29,948 bases of DNA from Macrostomum lignano (taxonomy: Eukaryota): contig NIVC01002966.1 of the NCBI GenBank assembly GCA_002269645.1, forward strand, positions 1 to 29,948. Reading direction: 5' to 3'. Position numbers and translations under genes: made by a program. Every line of letters starts with the position of its first letter. Positions within the stretch are counted from its first letter, which is position 1. This document shows, in pieces, positions 1 to 11,695 of this stretch. Below the pieces are notes generated by a model. The model saw nothing but the letters and a program-made list of their open reading frames with translations, did no database searches and was not told the DNA's origin.

Positions 1-99
1 AAGCTATGAGCACAGATTTTCTCTGCCAAAAAGACGTTTGTTGGAGAAAGTAGTCAGAGTGTGCAATGTCAGTAATCCTTCACTATCTATTGCTTGAGT

Positions 100-103
<4 letters not shown>

Positions 104-134
<31 letters not shown>

Positions 135-168
135 AGAGAGAGGGAGAGAGAGAGAGAGAGAGGGGGGG

Positions 169-199
<31 letters not shown>

Positions 200-259
200 G
201 AGAGAGAGAGTGAGGGAGAGGGGGAGAGAGGGAGAGGGAGAGAGATAGAGGGGTATTGT

Positions 260-316
<57 letters not shown>

Positions 317-391
317 GAGAGAGAGAGGTAGAGAGAGAGTGAGAGAGGAGAGGGAGAGAGGGAGAGGGAGAGAGAGAGAGAGGGAGATGAG
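104..391. repeat. (GA)n-rich microsatellite
   Basis: Uninterrupted GA/GGA dinucleotide tract seen directly; explains the ERER and LSLS ORFs. Confidence 0.97.
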
Positions 392-2040
392 ATTCAAAAG
401 TGAAAGTGCACTCTCGTACTTTGGCAGCGAGAACAAACGACCCCCAAAAGTGTCTCGTGGGTCCAATAAACGCATATTATAAGAGGCAAGCAAGATCGAT
501 GCGTTAACCATCTTATAGAATGAAGTGTCAGGGCACTGTCTGCATGTGTGTCCTCATCCTCAGGAGAAAGCCGGCTGGCATGTAGGTCGATTTTAATATT
601 GCTTTTTTCAGGCCAGTTACTCCTGGGCCTCCTGCCGACATGGCCGCGCTGATGAAGGGCAAAGTGACGCGGACTTCGCCGGCTCAGCAAAGTTATTGCA
701 AAGAAACATTGCTCCAAGGGCCAAGCTTATTTGCATTGCTGAAGACAGACCGCTAATTTGGCCTAATAGAATATTCTGACTAATGATTTTAAAGGCACTC
801 ATTTGCAAGTTTCTTTCAATATTGGTCCAGAGCGCTCTTTTTTAACGTTTTGTGCCTCAACTTTACGAAGGTCGAAATTTGAAACTCTTCTTGCCCCCTC
901 CTGTATGAACTAATGTACTTTTCCAGTCAATTTCAAGCCTCAATTTGGATTTTTACAACCATCTTTGGTCCGTCATTATATTACCTTTAATCCCCATTTT
1001 TCCTTATTTACTTAAATATCCCATAATTAGCATTCTGACATCGAGAATACCTACACTGACAAAACCTGTTTTTTTCTAACTTTTCCACCAATTTTCAATT
1101 CAAATTCTTGTCTTGCATTTTTACCTGAAACCAAAACAGGTGCCGTCATTCAATTAGTTAGCCAGCAAACGAACTCAAAACACAGGTGTTTGCCCCAACA
1201 CCTACCGCTCAATCTGGCACTGTAGATTATTGTTGCTAATGTCAAAGAAATGAACTCTGACACTAAGTTAACTAAGCTCATTCATTGAAGTAAGATATTG
1301 CTGATTGGTTAACTTCTTTAAATGCTCAGCAGATTCAGTCCTAACCCATACGACCTGAGAATTTCCCTGCAACAATATAATCTCTTTGGTGCGCGGACAG
1401 CTGCCAACTCGACCGAGTCATTCATTTTTTAGCATGCCAGATTTGTCAGAAGGAATCTCGTTTGATCGCGTATAGAAAGAGAGAGAGAGATTTTTATTTT
1501 GTCCACGACTGAAGTACTCGCGCCTTTGTGACAGGAACGTTCACAAAAGAGCGGCTATAAAGCTCCTGCTTGACTTGCTTCTCGACTAGATTCCTCTCAA
1601 ATAGCCTTATTGATGAGCCTTGAAGCAGCTTGGTACACGGGTCTAATAGCGCTTGTCAGAGAAAAGCAGCTAGCTAGGGATCAATCGGACTCTTTGTGCT
1701 CAAATGAATAACCTTTTTGCCTAAGCTGGTATGCGACCGACTGCTTTATAAAGATCTCTCAAGAAATATTTGTAGAGCGAGTAGCTTGAACGGGAGGCTC
1801 ATCAAGTCCTACCGACTTTCTCTCAAATATTTCCCCGAAAGTTGTCTGCCTCCATTTCACGGTTGGACTGGCAACAGCTTGAAGGACTGCATAGTGACGG
1901 TAAAGCATCAGTTTTCCACGCTGGATACTCGTAAATGAAAAATTGTCTTTTTCTAGGATTGCGACTGCTTCAGTCTCAACTTTATTTCAGGGGCACCTGG
2001 GACTGCAGGGATTGAAGCTGACCATGAGTGCTTGGAGGTA

Positions 2041-2240
2041 TTCACCTACCAGATCATCCCTTCACCTACTTGATCACCCATTCACCTACTTGCTCACCCG
2101 TTCACCTGCTTAATCTCACATTCACTTGCTTGATTAACCATTCACCTACTTGATGACCCATTCACCTACTTGATGACCCATTCACCTACCTGATCACCCG
2201 TTTACTTAATTGATCACCCACTCACCCACTTAATCATTTA
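2041..2240. repeat. 20-bp minisatellite, about 10 diverged copies (TTCACCTACTTGATCACCCA)
   Basis: Units recur in exact 20-nt register from 2041. Confidence 0.9.
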
Positions 2241-2467
2241 CCTATTCGATCACTCAAACCAGCCCCAGACCCGAGTTTCCAAATAAATGGGGCGAATGTG
2301 GGAATCGAACCCATGAGCCTGGATATGACCTAACCCCAAAATTTCTCTATCTATGTACGCTAAGTAGCTCGCTCAGAACCCGGTTACTTTTAAATTCAAT
2401 CAACTAAAAGCAAACCAGTTAATTTTACAGATGAAAAACAGAACAGCATGATCGAGTCTAATCTCAC

Positions 2468-2732
2468 TGGTAAAGGTGCTCGAGATCAGATTCAACGGCA
2501 GGCAGAAAATAGCAACCAGTGTGTCTGCTGTGCTCAAATTGCAGATAAAATAATTAATCGCCGTGTGCATCGAGGGTATCCTGTAGACGGTTGCTATGAC
2601 AACAACGTTACCGATGATTGACAGAGTGAATACCACGGTGTAGGCCAGCGAGAGAAATGCAAGCATTGGCGGTGTCTGCTTGAGCTCCCACATGTTCGAC
2701 GCTTCCAAAGGGGCGCTGTCGTTAGTGTCCAT
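2468..2732 (-). CDS. First coding exon (N-terminus, TM1, TM2) of a rhodopsin-family neuropeptide GPCR, SIFamide/NPFF-receptor-like
   Basis: MDTNDSAPLEASNMWELKQTPPMLAFLSLAYTVVFTLSIIGNVVVIATVYRIPSMHTAINYFICNLSTADTLVAIFCLPLNLISSTFT contains the TM1 GN and TM2 NLxxAD motifs. Phase-1 donor A|GTGAGA at 2467. Upstream acceptor TTATTTTATAG at 2761 with an in-frame TAA before the ATG. No downstream GPCR exon recognised in 1-2467. Confidence 0.88.
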
Positions 2733-2782
2733 GATTGAGGCGGCTGGCAAAGCTTAATGGCTATAAAATAAGCTTAGCGTCT

Positions 2783-3950
2783 TTTGGTGTCGTCTGTTGT
2801 CGTCTGTTGTCTGTTGTAGTTTAGTGTTGTCTGTTGTCGGTTGGTGTCGTCTGTTGTCGGTTGGTGTCGTCTGTTGTCGTTTGGTGTCGTCTGTTGTCGT
2901 TTGGTGTCGTCTGTTGTCGTTTGGTGTCGTCTGTTGTCGTTTGGTGTCGTCTGTTGTCGTTTGGTGTCGTCTGTTGTCGTTTGGTGTCGTCTGTTGTCGT
3001 TTGGTGTCGTCTGTTGTCGGTTGGTGTCGTCTGTTGTCGTTTGGTGTCGTCTGTTGTCGTTTGGTGTCGTCTGGTGTCGTTTGATTTCGTTTGCTGTCGT
3101 TTGGTGTCGTCTGTTGTCGGTTGGTGTCGTCTGTTGTCGCTTGGTGTCGTCTGTTGTCGTTTGGTGTCGTCTGTTGTCGTTTGGTGTCGTCTGTTGTCGT
3201 TTGGTGTCGTCTGTTGTCGTTTGGTGTCGTCTGGTGTCGGTTGGTGTCGTCTGGTGTCGGTTGGTGTCGTCTGTTGTCGTTTGGTGTCGTCTGTTGTCGT
3301 TTGGTGTCGTCTGTTGTCGTCTGTTGTCGTCTGTTCTCTGTTGTAGTTTAGTGTCGCCTGTTTTCGTCTGTTGTCTGTTGTCGTGGTGTCGTCTGTTGTC
3401 GTTTGGTGTCGTCTGTGGTCGGTTAGTGTCGTTAGTTGTCGCCTGTTGTCGTTTGTTGTCGTCTGTTGTCGCTTGGTGTCGTCTGTTGTCGTTTGGTGTC
3501 GTCTGTTGTCGTTTGGTGTCGTCTGTTGTCGTTTGGTGTCGTCTGTTGTCGTTTGGTGTCGTCTGTTGTCGGTTGGTGTCGTCTGTTGTCGTTTGGTGTC
3601 GTTTGGTGTCGGTTGGTGTCGTCTGGTGTCGGTTGGTGTCGTCTGTTGTCGTTTGGTGTCGTCTGTTGTCGTTTGGTGTCGTCTGTTGTCGTCTGTTGTC
3701 GTCTGTTCTCTGTTGTAGTTTAGTGTCGCCTGTTTTCGTCTGTTGTCTGTTGTCGTGGTGTCGTCTGTTGTCGTTTGGTGTCGTCTGTGGTCGGTTAGTG
3801 TCGTTAGTTGTCGCCTGTTGTCGTTTGTTGTCGTCTGTGGTCGGTTAGTGTCGTTAGTTGTCGCCTGTTGTCGTTTGTTGTCGTCTGTTGTCGGTTGGTG
3901 TCGTCTGGTGTCGTTTGATGTCGGTCGCTCGGTGTCGTCTCTTATTAATT
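2783..3950. repeat. 20-bp minisatellite (TTGGTGTCGTCTGTTGTCGT, two related 10-mers) with a 372-bp higher-order duplication
   Basis: Direct reading; variant block CTGTTCTCTGTTGTAGTTTAGTG recurs at 3331 and 3703. Confidence 0.97.
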
Positions 3951-5784
3951 TCTGTCGTTTGCTATCGGTTTCTGACGTTTTTTTTCAACGGACAAATTTA
4001 CAGCTACAAAGAATAGAAGCGAATTCTTTGCTTTTTATTCTGAAATCCATGGCTTTAGGGAGCGACAAACCGCTTGCGGATTGGTCTCTGCAGGCCGCAC
4101 AACTGGGGAAGAGGGTTAACAGCGATTCACGTTGTGACTTCTTTTCTCACCTCCTCCTCTGCACCCCAGCACTGCAGTACCCGTAGCTACATAGCTGTGA
4201 ATGCAACGAAGTTGTTCAAGCGATAATCAGGATTACGTGTGTAGATACGAGCCTGCGATTGAGTTAAGCCCTATGGAGCGATCATTTTATTTAGCAGCAG
4301 GACTGGAGGCTACTACATGCATGCGGAATAAATCCAGAAAAAATAGCTTCAAAGTAGACAGAAACTGAGACAAAAGACATGGTCTAATGCCTTGAAGTCG
4401 TACAAGACAACGCGTGTCATAAAAGTGTCATAAAAGTATTAGAAAAACTCACGCGGCTAATCCTGCGGTTTAACAGATGTAAACAAAACTTTCTTCTAAC
4501 TTTTATTTAATAGGATTATTAAACTGCTCTCAATCAATCGACCTCTTTAGCTCGATCGAGTCGCAATGCTGATACGTTATGCACTCTATCTGTGCAAGAT
4601 CCGCAGAAAGACCCTTACAGCTTCATCTCATCGCATTCCCGTACTAATTTTATTTGAGGCTAGACTTCTATTCTCACACATTGACCAAATGCGGGTCGAA
4701 GTGCCAGGGAGAGGGAGAGGCCCAAGCTTTTCCTGTTGGAGAAAAAGAAACCTTATTTGGTCCGCGATTTGGACTCTACCGCGTGCCCAGTTTTCAAATT
4801 CCACTTCGACACGCTTCTCCGCAGATTGTTTGGACTGTGACGAATAAATAAACTCATCTGCTACGACCCGGATCAGATCCTGTCATATTCTCAATTGATG
4901 GATGAGTGATGGCAACTTTTTTTCTTATTATTTCATGCCGAACTTCTGATTTTCCACTCAGATGATTTTGATAAATAAATAAAGCTAGATGAGTTGTGGA
5001 GATTAATCTTCGAGTAAATAATGATAATAATTAATTAAAAGTGCAAGAGCGCTTGGGACGGGTTGTCGCTGCAAAATTAATTAGTCATCGGAGTATCAAG
5101 TCAGTTGGATGCTTTTGCACTAAACTTCCACCCTCTCTCACCTTTTGCAACTTCTCTCAAGTGTTTTTTCCTAAGATTTTTCTTTGTAAGTTGATCCAAA
5201 TAAGTACATATAAGTCCAAAAGAGGATTGCGGAAAAAACATCGAGCCGTATAGTTGTTTTCGCTACGCAGAAGCCATAATAAAAAAGGTATGACGACTAC
5301 AGAGACATTGTATCATTTCATTCTTCTTTTATTCGGTAGTTCAATTTTCATCTAGTAAAACTGTCTCTGTTTGCTTTATATGCGATGAAGCATGACTTTC
5401 TCGGGAGCTGAATATATCATAAAAATCTTCCGGATCTATAAATAACTACTTTAGAATGCATGTGTTTATTTCCTGAACATAGAGCTAGAAATTCTCTAAT
5501 AACTTCTGTTAGTGACATACGCTCGTGCAATAGTCTATGGCCGCTGCGCCTCCCTCATCCCTTCCTAATATATAAGTGTCCTACCTTCATAATCTTGTTA
5601 CAACCCCCGCTAACATTAATGTGGTCCTAAAGCCAAATAAACAAGCAAAGCAAGATACGAGCTTCGTTATTCATCAAGCACTAGAGTTGCCATCAGAGCA
5701 TCACAGTTAGTCTCTTAAATGTTTTAAAAAATATGAACTTTATTTGGAGTGGCTGGAAAATTTTTGTGTCTTCGTTGGCACTAG

Positions 5785-6552
5785 TGTCTCTTGGTGGGCG
5801 CTCCGTCTCTTGGTGGGCGCCCCTGTTTCTTGGTGGGCGCATTGTCTCTAGGTGGGCGCCCTGTCTCTTGGTGGGCGCCCCTGTTTCTTGGTGGGCGCAT
5901 TGTCTCTAGGTGGGCGCCCCTGTCTCTTGGTGGGCGCCCCTGTTTCTTGGTGGGCGCATTGTCTCTAGGTGGGCGCCCCGTCTCTTGGTGGGCGCCCCTG
6001 TCTCTTGGTGGGCGCTCCGTCTCTTGGTGGGCGCCCCTGTTTCTTGGTGGGCGCTGTCTCTTGGTGGGCGCCCTGTCTCTTGGTGGGCGCCCTGTTCTTG
6101 GTGGGCGCTGTCTTGGTGGGCGCATTGTCTCTAGGTGGGCGCCCCTGTCTCTTGGTGGGCGCCCCTGTTTCTTGGTGGGCGCATTGTCTCTAGGTGGGCG
6201 CCCCTGTCTCTTGGTGGGCGCCCCTGTTTCTTGGTGGGCGCATTGTCTCTAGGTGGGCGCCCCTGTCTCTTGGTGGGCGCCCCTGTTTCTTGGTGGGCGC
6301 ATTGTCTCTAGGTGGGCGCCCCTGTCTCTTGGTGGGCGCCCCTGTCTCTTGGTGCGCGCCCCGTCTTTTCGTGGGCGCCCCTGTTTCTTGGTGGGCGCCC
6401 CGTCTCTTGGTGGGCGCCCCTGTTTTTTCGTAGGCGCAGTGTCTCTAGGTGGGCGCCCCTGTCTCTTGGTGGGCGCCCCTGTCTCTTGGTGGGCGCCCCG
6501 TCTCTTGGTGGGCGCCCCCGTCTCTTGGTGGGCGCCCCGTCTCTTGGTGGGC
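5785..6552. repeat. About 20-bp GC-rich minisatellite (TGTCTCTTGGTGGGCGCCCC) with recurring variant units
   Basis: Direct reading; no unique spacers. Confidence 0.97.
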
Positions 6553-7583
6553 ATCGTGTCTCCATCGACGATGTCAACATTGGATTAGACGTATATCTAC
6601 TACTGTAGTAGCTTTATTCAGCAATTGGCAAGGTGAGATTCTCAATTTATAGCCAAAAAAACCTGAAAACTTTCTGACGCGGATTTGGTGGCAAAAGTGC
6701 AATTACTAGTGCAGAATCATTCTACTTTAATGGTGCATGGACGCGTCAGAATACCTGGATTTATTTGAAACAATCGTCAGCAATTCAAATTTAAAATTGA
6801 TGAGTTGCAACTTTATGAGTTTGAAAGTTAAAAGCAAGTTTAAACAAATGCATCAAGAAATCAAATTTCGAGCTAAAGTTGCAGCTTAACTTAATCTTCT
6901 CATGGCAGTCACTTTAATAATTTTAACAAAATTTATATCCACCAAGTTAATTTAATACTTTGTGTTGCTAGCAATCAAATTGAAAATCGCAGTCTGATGA
7001 GGACGCACTTTTTCCCAAATCCCGCGCTAGCACATGGGCTCTAAACTTACTTGCCTACTGACAGTGGACAAGGGGCATTTTTATCCTTTTTCTGCAAATT
7101 GTCATAGAATCTATACTAGATATAATGTCTGGCCATACTAGTAGTCATAATAACATAGGCGTAGCTTTTTGGGTCGTAAATCATCGCTTCCGAAGTTGGT
7201 CTCACAGCCACCTGCGCCTCACTCAGTGTTGAGACGGGCGCCAGATGGTCTGAGAGGATGCGGGCGGTAGCTTTTTTCTCATCATTTTGACAGGCCATCA
7301 AGATTTATGAGGTCAGAGCCTATTGTTCGGATTCACTCAAGCGTGTGACAGCTTTGACAGCTATGCGTTTTACCCCTGAAAGTACTTTGGGATTAGCGAT
7401 TAGCGATTTCTCTTCATTATCTTCACTTTCTATTTAATAAGAGCTTTCTAATGTATATTTTTTCATTAATTTCTGTCAATCCTACGCGAAAAGTCATAAA
7501 TCATTTTGTTGCGATTTTGAGTGATTTATGGCCGCACCTGTCATCTTTTTACGACCCTGTGGGAACTGATAGGATCTCTCGGT

Positions 7584-7740
7584 CACGTGATTCTGGGTAG
7601 CAACAAGCTTAGCCAATCAGAAAATTCGGCGCTCATTTTAACAAAACGGCTCAGCCAATCAGAATCGACGTGTTCCGTTATAACAAACTGCGGTCCAGTT
7701 GGCGGCTATTTAAACCGGAGTTTTTGGCCCGCTCGGACCA
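7584..7740 (+). promoter_or_regulatory. Pol II promoter-like cluster (E-box, two CCAAT boxes, TATA-like), possibly the U3 of an LTR or other retroelement 5' end
   Basis: CACGTG 7584-7589; AGCCAATCAG twice (CCAAT at 7613 and 7655); TATTTAA 7707-7713. No second LTR, TSD or recognisable coding region found. Confidence 0.35.
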
Positions 7741-10553
7741 ACTCTTGCTCGGGTCCAGCACGCAACTTCTGGTTCCCGGAGCGCGACCGTCGTTTCTTGA
7801 TCCCCGGATTGCGACTTCCCCCCATCATCATCAAGGACGAGTCCCCCGGTCGTCAGCAGCGAACATCAAACGAAGATCACCACCTGCTAGCTATCAGCGA
7901 AGATTGTATCAGCATCATCCCGAGTCTACAGCTACAGAGCATCAAGCCGATTCGGTCACTGTGGATTACCTGGTCTCCGGCTGTTGAGTTTCTGATTTGT
8001 TGGGTGAGAGGCTACCTAGACTTGCTTGATTGGGTGATTCCCTGTCTGTCCCCTGTTTCAGTAGCTGGATTAGGCGCACACTTTTGCTCATTTTGTTCAG
8101 TGGTGCTGGTACTGAGGCAGAAATCACTTAATAATACTGCTAGTAGTCTGAAACTCCAATTCAATCTGAGGTGTGAAGTGATTTAAGGAGAAGGCTAAAT
8201 CTGACAGTTATTTTTATCGGTTTTATTTCTTTGTTCGCCGATGGCTCAGATGAGTAGCTAAGCTAGTAGGCGCCGGTCACAGTGGGCCAATGGCAAGGCA
8301 GTTCTCAGTCGATCAATCAATCAAATCAGTGAGCAAAACTGCCAGAAGTGCAGAATCGGCGCCAGAGATGTACTTTGTGCACTCTAGGTTCGCCAAGCGG
8401 CTCGGGTAATGAATCATGCGGTCTCTGAAGTTCGAGTTAGTCTATCATCAGCGCTATGAGAGGCTAGTTGGCGCGTTGAAGGCCAAAAGTACATATCTTC
8501 GTATTTAGCAATGTAATAGTACATGTAGCTACCCCATAGACTCGCCACTGCAAGAATCCCCTGCACAAGTCCCCTCTGTACCTGCATGGCCAATGCGATC
8601 TAGTCCCAGCAGTGTCCCTTATCATCGGCTATGACTTCGAGATTGACAGCAAAAAGACACTAGTTGGCAGGTAAGTGCAAAGCCCCTTCTAGTCGGAAGC
8701 CCGATTTCGAGAGTCCCGGTGTGGTGAGCCAGGACGCACGGGCTGGTGGCAGCGAGTTAGCTTAGTCTGCGGTTTAGCTAATTTCTACCTTCAAAATTCT
8801 CCCTGCTTGTCTCTCGCTGTCCCTCTCTTAGCTATAGGACCTAGACTGCTCGCCACACGATCAAGCTACCATGGGGCTGACCATCTGACAGGAGTGGGGG
8901 GCCAGGACTCTAATTGATTTATTTCTGAGGCCTGAGGCCCGAAGGCTTCCTAACAAGGAGCCCGAAGGTCGAAACCCATCAAGTCTAAATAAAGTGTCAG
9001 GGCCTATTTGAAACCTCTGTCGCCTGTCTCTGCCACTTAGCTGATGAAATTTACAACTACAAATTCAATTCCACAAAAGCTCCTGACGAGTATTTGACGT
9101 CAAGACAACTCATTTTAACGGGCCGGGTCATTTCGTCAAGACAGTTTTCAAAAAAGGTCAGGTCAGACCTCACGTCACGTAAAAGACATTGTTTGCTCAG
9201 GTTCTGTTTTTTTAATGATTTCTTCTCAGCTACTTGAGCTCCTTTTGCTGGATATAATAGTTGGACTTGAGGTGAGATGTCCGGAGTACACTGACAACTG
9301 ACAAACACCAAATACTCGTAAAATGCCAATAGCTATTTCGTCAAGTAGAAAATTTTGACGAACTGTCCATTAGAGAATTGTTTGTCAGAGTTGGTTTAAA
9401 AATATCACTAGTAGACAACGAACTTTAAACAATTTGGCTAAAATCTTTTGGCTCAATCTTTTTTTGTCATCAATTAAAGAGCTACTGTCAGTTTTGATAT
9501 CAATACGGGTTTGACTTGCCTTGCCATTTAAAACAAACGAAAAACCCAGATTGTGGGTTGAAGTTTCAAGCTTTAAAAAATTTCGGCGAGATGAACTATC
9601 AAAGCTGACGCATCGTTTTGCAAGCATTGTTGTTTTCAAACTTTTTTTCGAGTATATCTTTTTTAAATTATATTTTGCTAAAATGCATTTCATACTACTT
9701 ACGACTGATGAATATTAGTACAAAAATTGATTTCTTGTCAACGTAAAAAATGTGGATAAGGACAAAATTATCAGTAGTAGACAAACGATTTAGGAGAAAA
9801 TCTATTCTGAATGGTATGGCCCTCTTAAAGAATTTCGGGTGGCAGTCAAGTGGAGGAAGTGGATGACTGCAGTCTTAGAAAAGGCGTTTAGCATCACCGG
9901 TTTTTGAAAGAATCTTTGAGGCCGCGGCGACACCACCGGATATTTAGTGAATGTCATCATTGTTCAGTCGTAGCACCCTCTTTTTATAAAAAAACAGCTT
10001 TTGTGAGTTTTTGAATCATTTGAAATAGCGTTTTACCTTGCATGTATCGATATCCTGTAGCAGAGCTTATTAAACTATTAAAAGTGTTTTAAGATTCACA
10101 GAGCAGTTTACGCGAGTATAAAACTGGTTTGTATGTATTTTTGAGATTATTAAGAAAAACAAATAGGCTATCGACTTGATCAGTTTGCGATTTGAGCATT
10201 TTTGACTGCGACCTAAGCCTTAAATCAGTCAGTATTGAACGAGATTAATTTGGGTAAGGGCATATTAAATAAAGTACGATATAACAAATGTAGATAAAAC
10301 GCTGGAAATGTTGAATTAAAGCAGAAATATTTCAACTCAGCTAAATAGGCACAGTAGATACAAACAATATCAACTCGCATCGCAACAAGTGTGCATATTT
10401 GCCTGGAAGAACAAAAAAGTGTTAAAAGCCAGAATAACGAAACTCGGTGAATTTAAAACAAATTTAATTTCAACAGAATTTTAAAACTGAAAAAAACCGA
10501 AGACATTGTCTTGAAAAGCGAAGTGCTGGTGCATGACTAGACAAGATTTCAAC

Positions 10554-10992
10554 TCAGCGGAATCGTCCTGCACCTGCAGTGAGCAGGAAGAGCGGATCAG
10601 GTGACGATTCGACACCAGCAGGAAGTGGGGCGGCAGGTTGCGTCAGCTGCTGCTGCGGTGGCTGCTCCAGCGTCAAAGGTCCCGGAGCTGCCGTCTGCTG
10701 ACACCAGCTAGAGACAGTGGTGCCGCTGGTATTGGCGTTCTCAGGCCCGCTAGTGCTGTTATTGTTGCTGTCACCGCATGGTGACAAGCTGAGTTTGTTC
10801 CTGGCACAGATGGAGGCCGCTGGATAGCCGTAGATCCTGGCGTGCAACTGCTGCAGCCAGCGCTCCACTTGTTCGTCGTTGGCGAAGATGCTGCAGAACC
10901 GACCGTCGAACAGTTCCACAGGGATGCAGTGCATCAGGGCTTCCCGGCCGAGGTCGTGATCGCAGATTCGGATAAATGTGGTAATGACGTAT
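10554..10992 (-). CDS. CNOT9: CNOT9/Rcd1-like protein, exon 2 (last coding exon)
   Basis: Acceptor CATCAG at 10993. Reads (K)YVITTFIRICDHDLGREALMHCIPVELFDGRFCSIFANDEQVERWLQQL, which aligns by eye to CNOT9 [34 protein letters not shown]. Followed by a low-complexity tail to TGA at 10554. Confidence 0.88.
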
Positions 10993-11695
10993 CTGATGAG
11001 GATTAAAATACGATGATGGGTCTGCTGGGAATCTACGTTGAGACTGAAGGTAAAATCAACACACCCTCTGATGATACTGGAGGTTGTAACATCAGTGCAT
11101 GACTAGCAGTCAGCGCCCCCCCCCCCGTTGGGGAGCCAAAAAATGCAGTAAAAGTTTTTAATAAACTACATGTAGCGTCTCATTGCAGCAGCCTCAGCAA
11201 TCCCTTGTAAGCCTTGACATCTCAGCAATTCTCCCCCATAATCCTTAAAATATCAACTTTCCCCCCTCAACATCTCAGCGATGACCCCAATAAGTCTTGA
11301 AATCTTAAAAAATCTCCTGTCAACCTTCTAACCTTAACCCTAACCCTAAAGCATTGAAATTTCAGTAATTCTCCCCAAGAGAATAGCATTAGCATTACAT
11401 CATTATAGCGATTCCCTCCAAGCCGTCGACATCGTAGTGACTCCAAAATGAATCTCTTAACTTCAACATGACGCTTCTTTGATCAGCGACCCCCGTGAGG
11501 AGCCAACAAATAATTTGATAAAAAGTTTTGAATAAACTACATTTAGCTTCTGACTTTAGCCTTGACATCTCAGTTATTCCCCCGTGAGCATTGAGCATTG
11601 AGACAGCAACTATTCCCCCCGTAAGCTTTGATTTAAAATTCAAAGCCATCCTAAAACCGATAAGAAAGAATTCAATCTCTAATGGATTGACTTAC

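Noticed and set aside
66-511. ERER and LSLS ORFs
   Set aside because: Translation of the (GA)n microsatellite.
2290-2340. B-box GGTTCGATTCCC on the minus strand
   Set aside because: No A box or cloverleaf; at most a SINE scrap.
394-2400. Short ORFs searched as possible downstream GPCR exons (TM3 DRY etc.)
   Set aside because: No GPCR motifs recognised in the minus-strand stretches read; remaining exons probably lie outside the window.
2783-6552. Minisatellites as CRISPR arrays, and their long Cys/Val or Gly/Arg ORFs as proteins
   Set aside because: No unique spacers, no cas genes, eukaryotic context; ORFs are open only because the units lack stops.
7780-7860. CTGACGA...GAAAC on the minus strand as a hammerhead
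   Set aside because: Stems I and II do not pair.
7521-8186. 221-aa plus-strand ORF
   Set aside because: GTG start, no gag/pol or other motif, overlaps promoter-like elements.
8744-8754. TGGTGGCAGCG as a tRNA-Leu primer-binding site
   Set aside because: Only an 11-nt match, not preceded by an LTR-ending CA, and no gag ORF follows.
9811-9828. GGTATGGCCCTC-TTAA as a TTAA-type transposon end
   Set aside because: No matching opposite terminus found in the window.
11334-11349. TAACCC hexamers as a telomere
   Set aside because: Only 2-3 units inside an intron.
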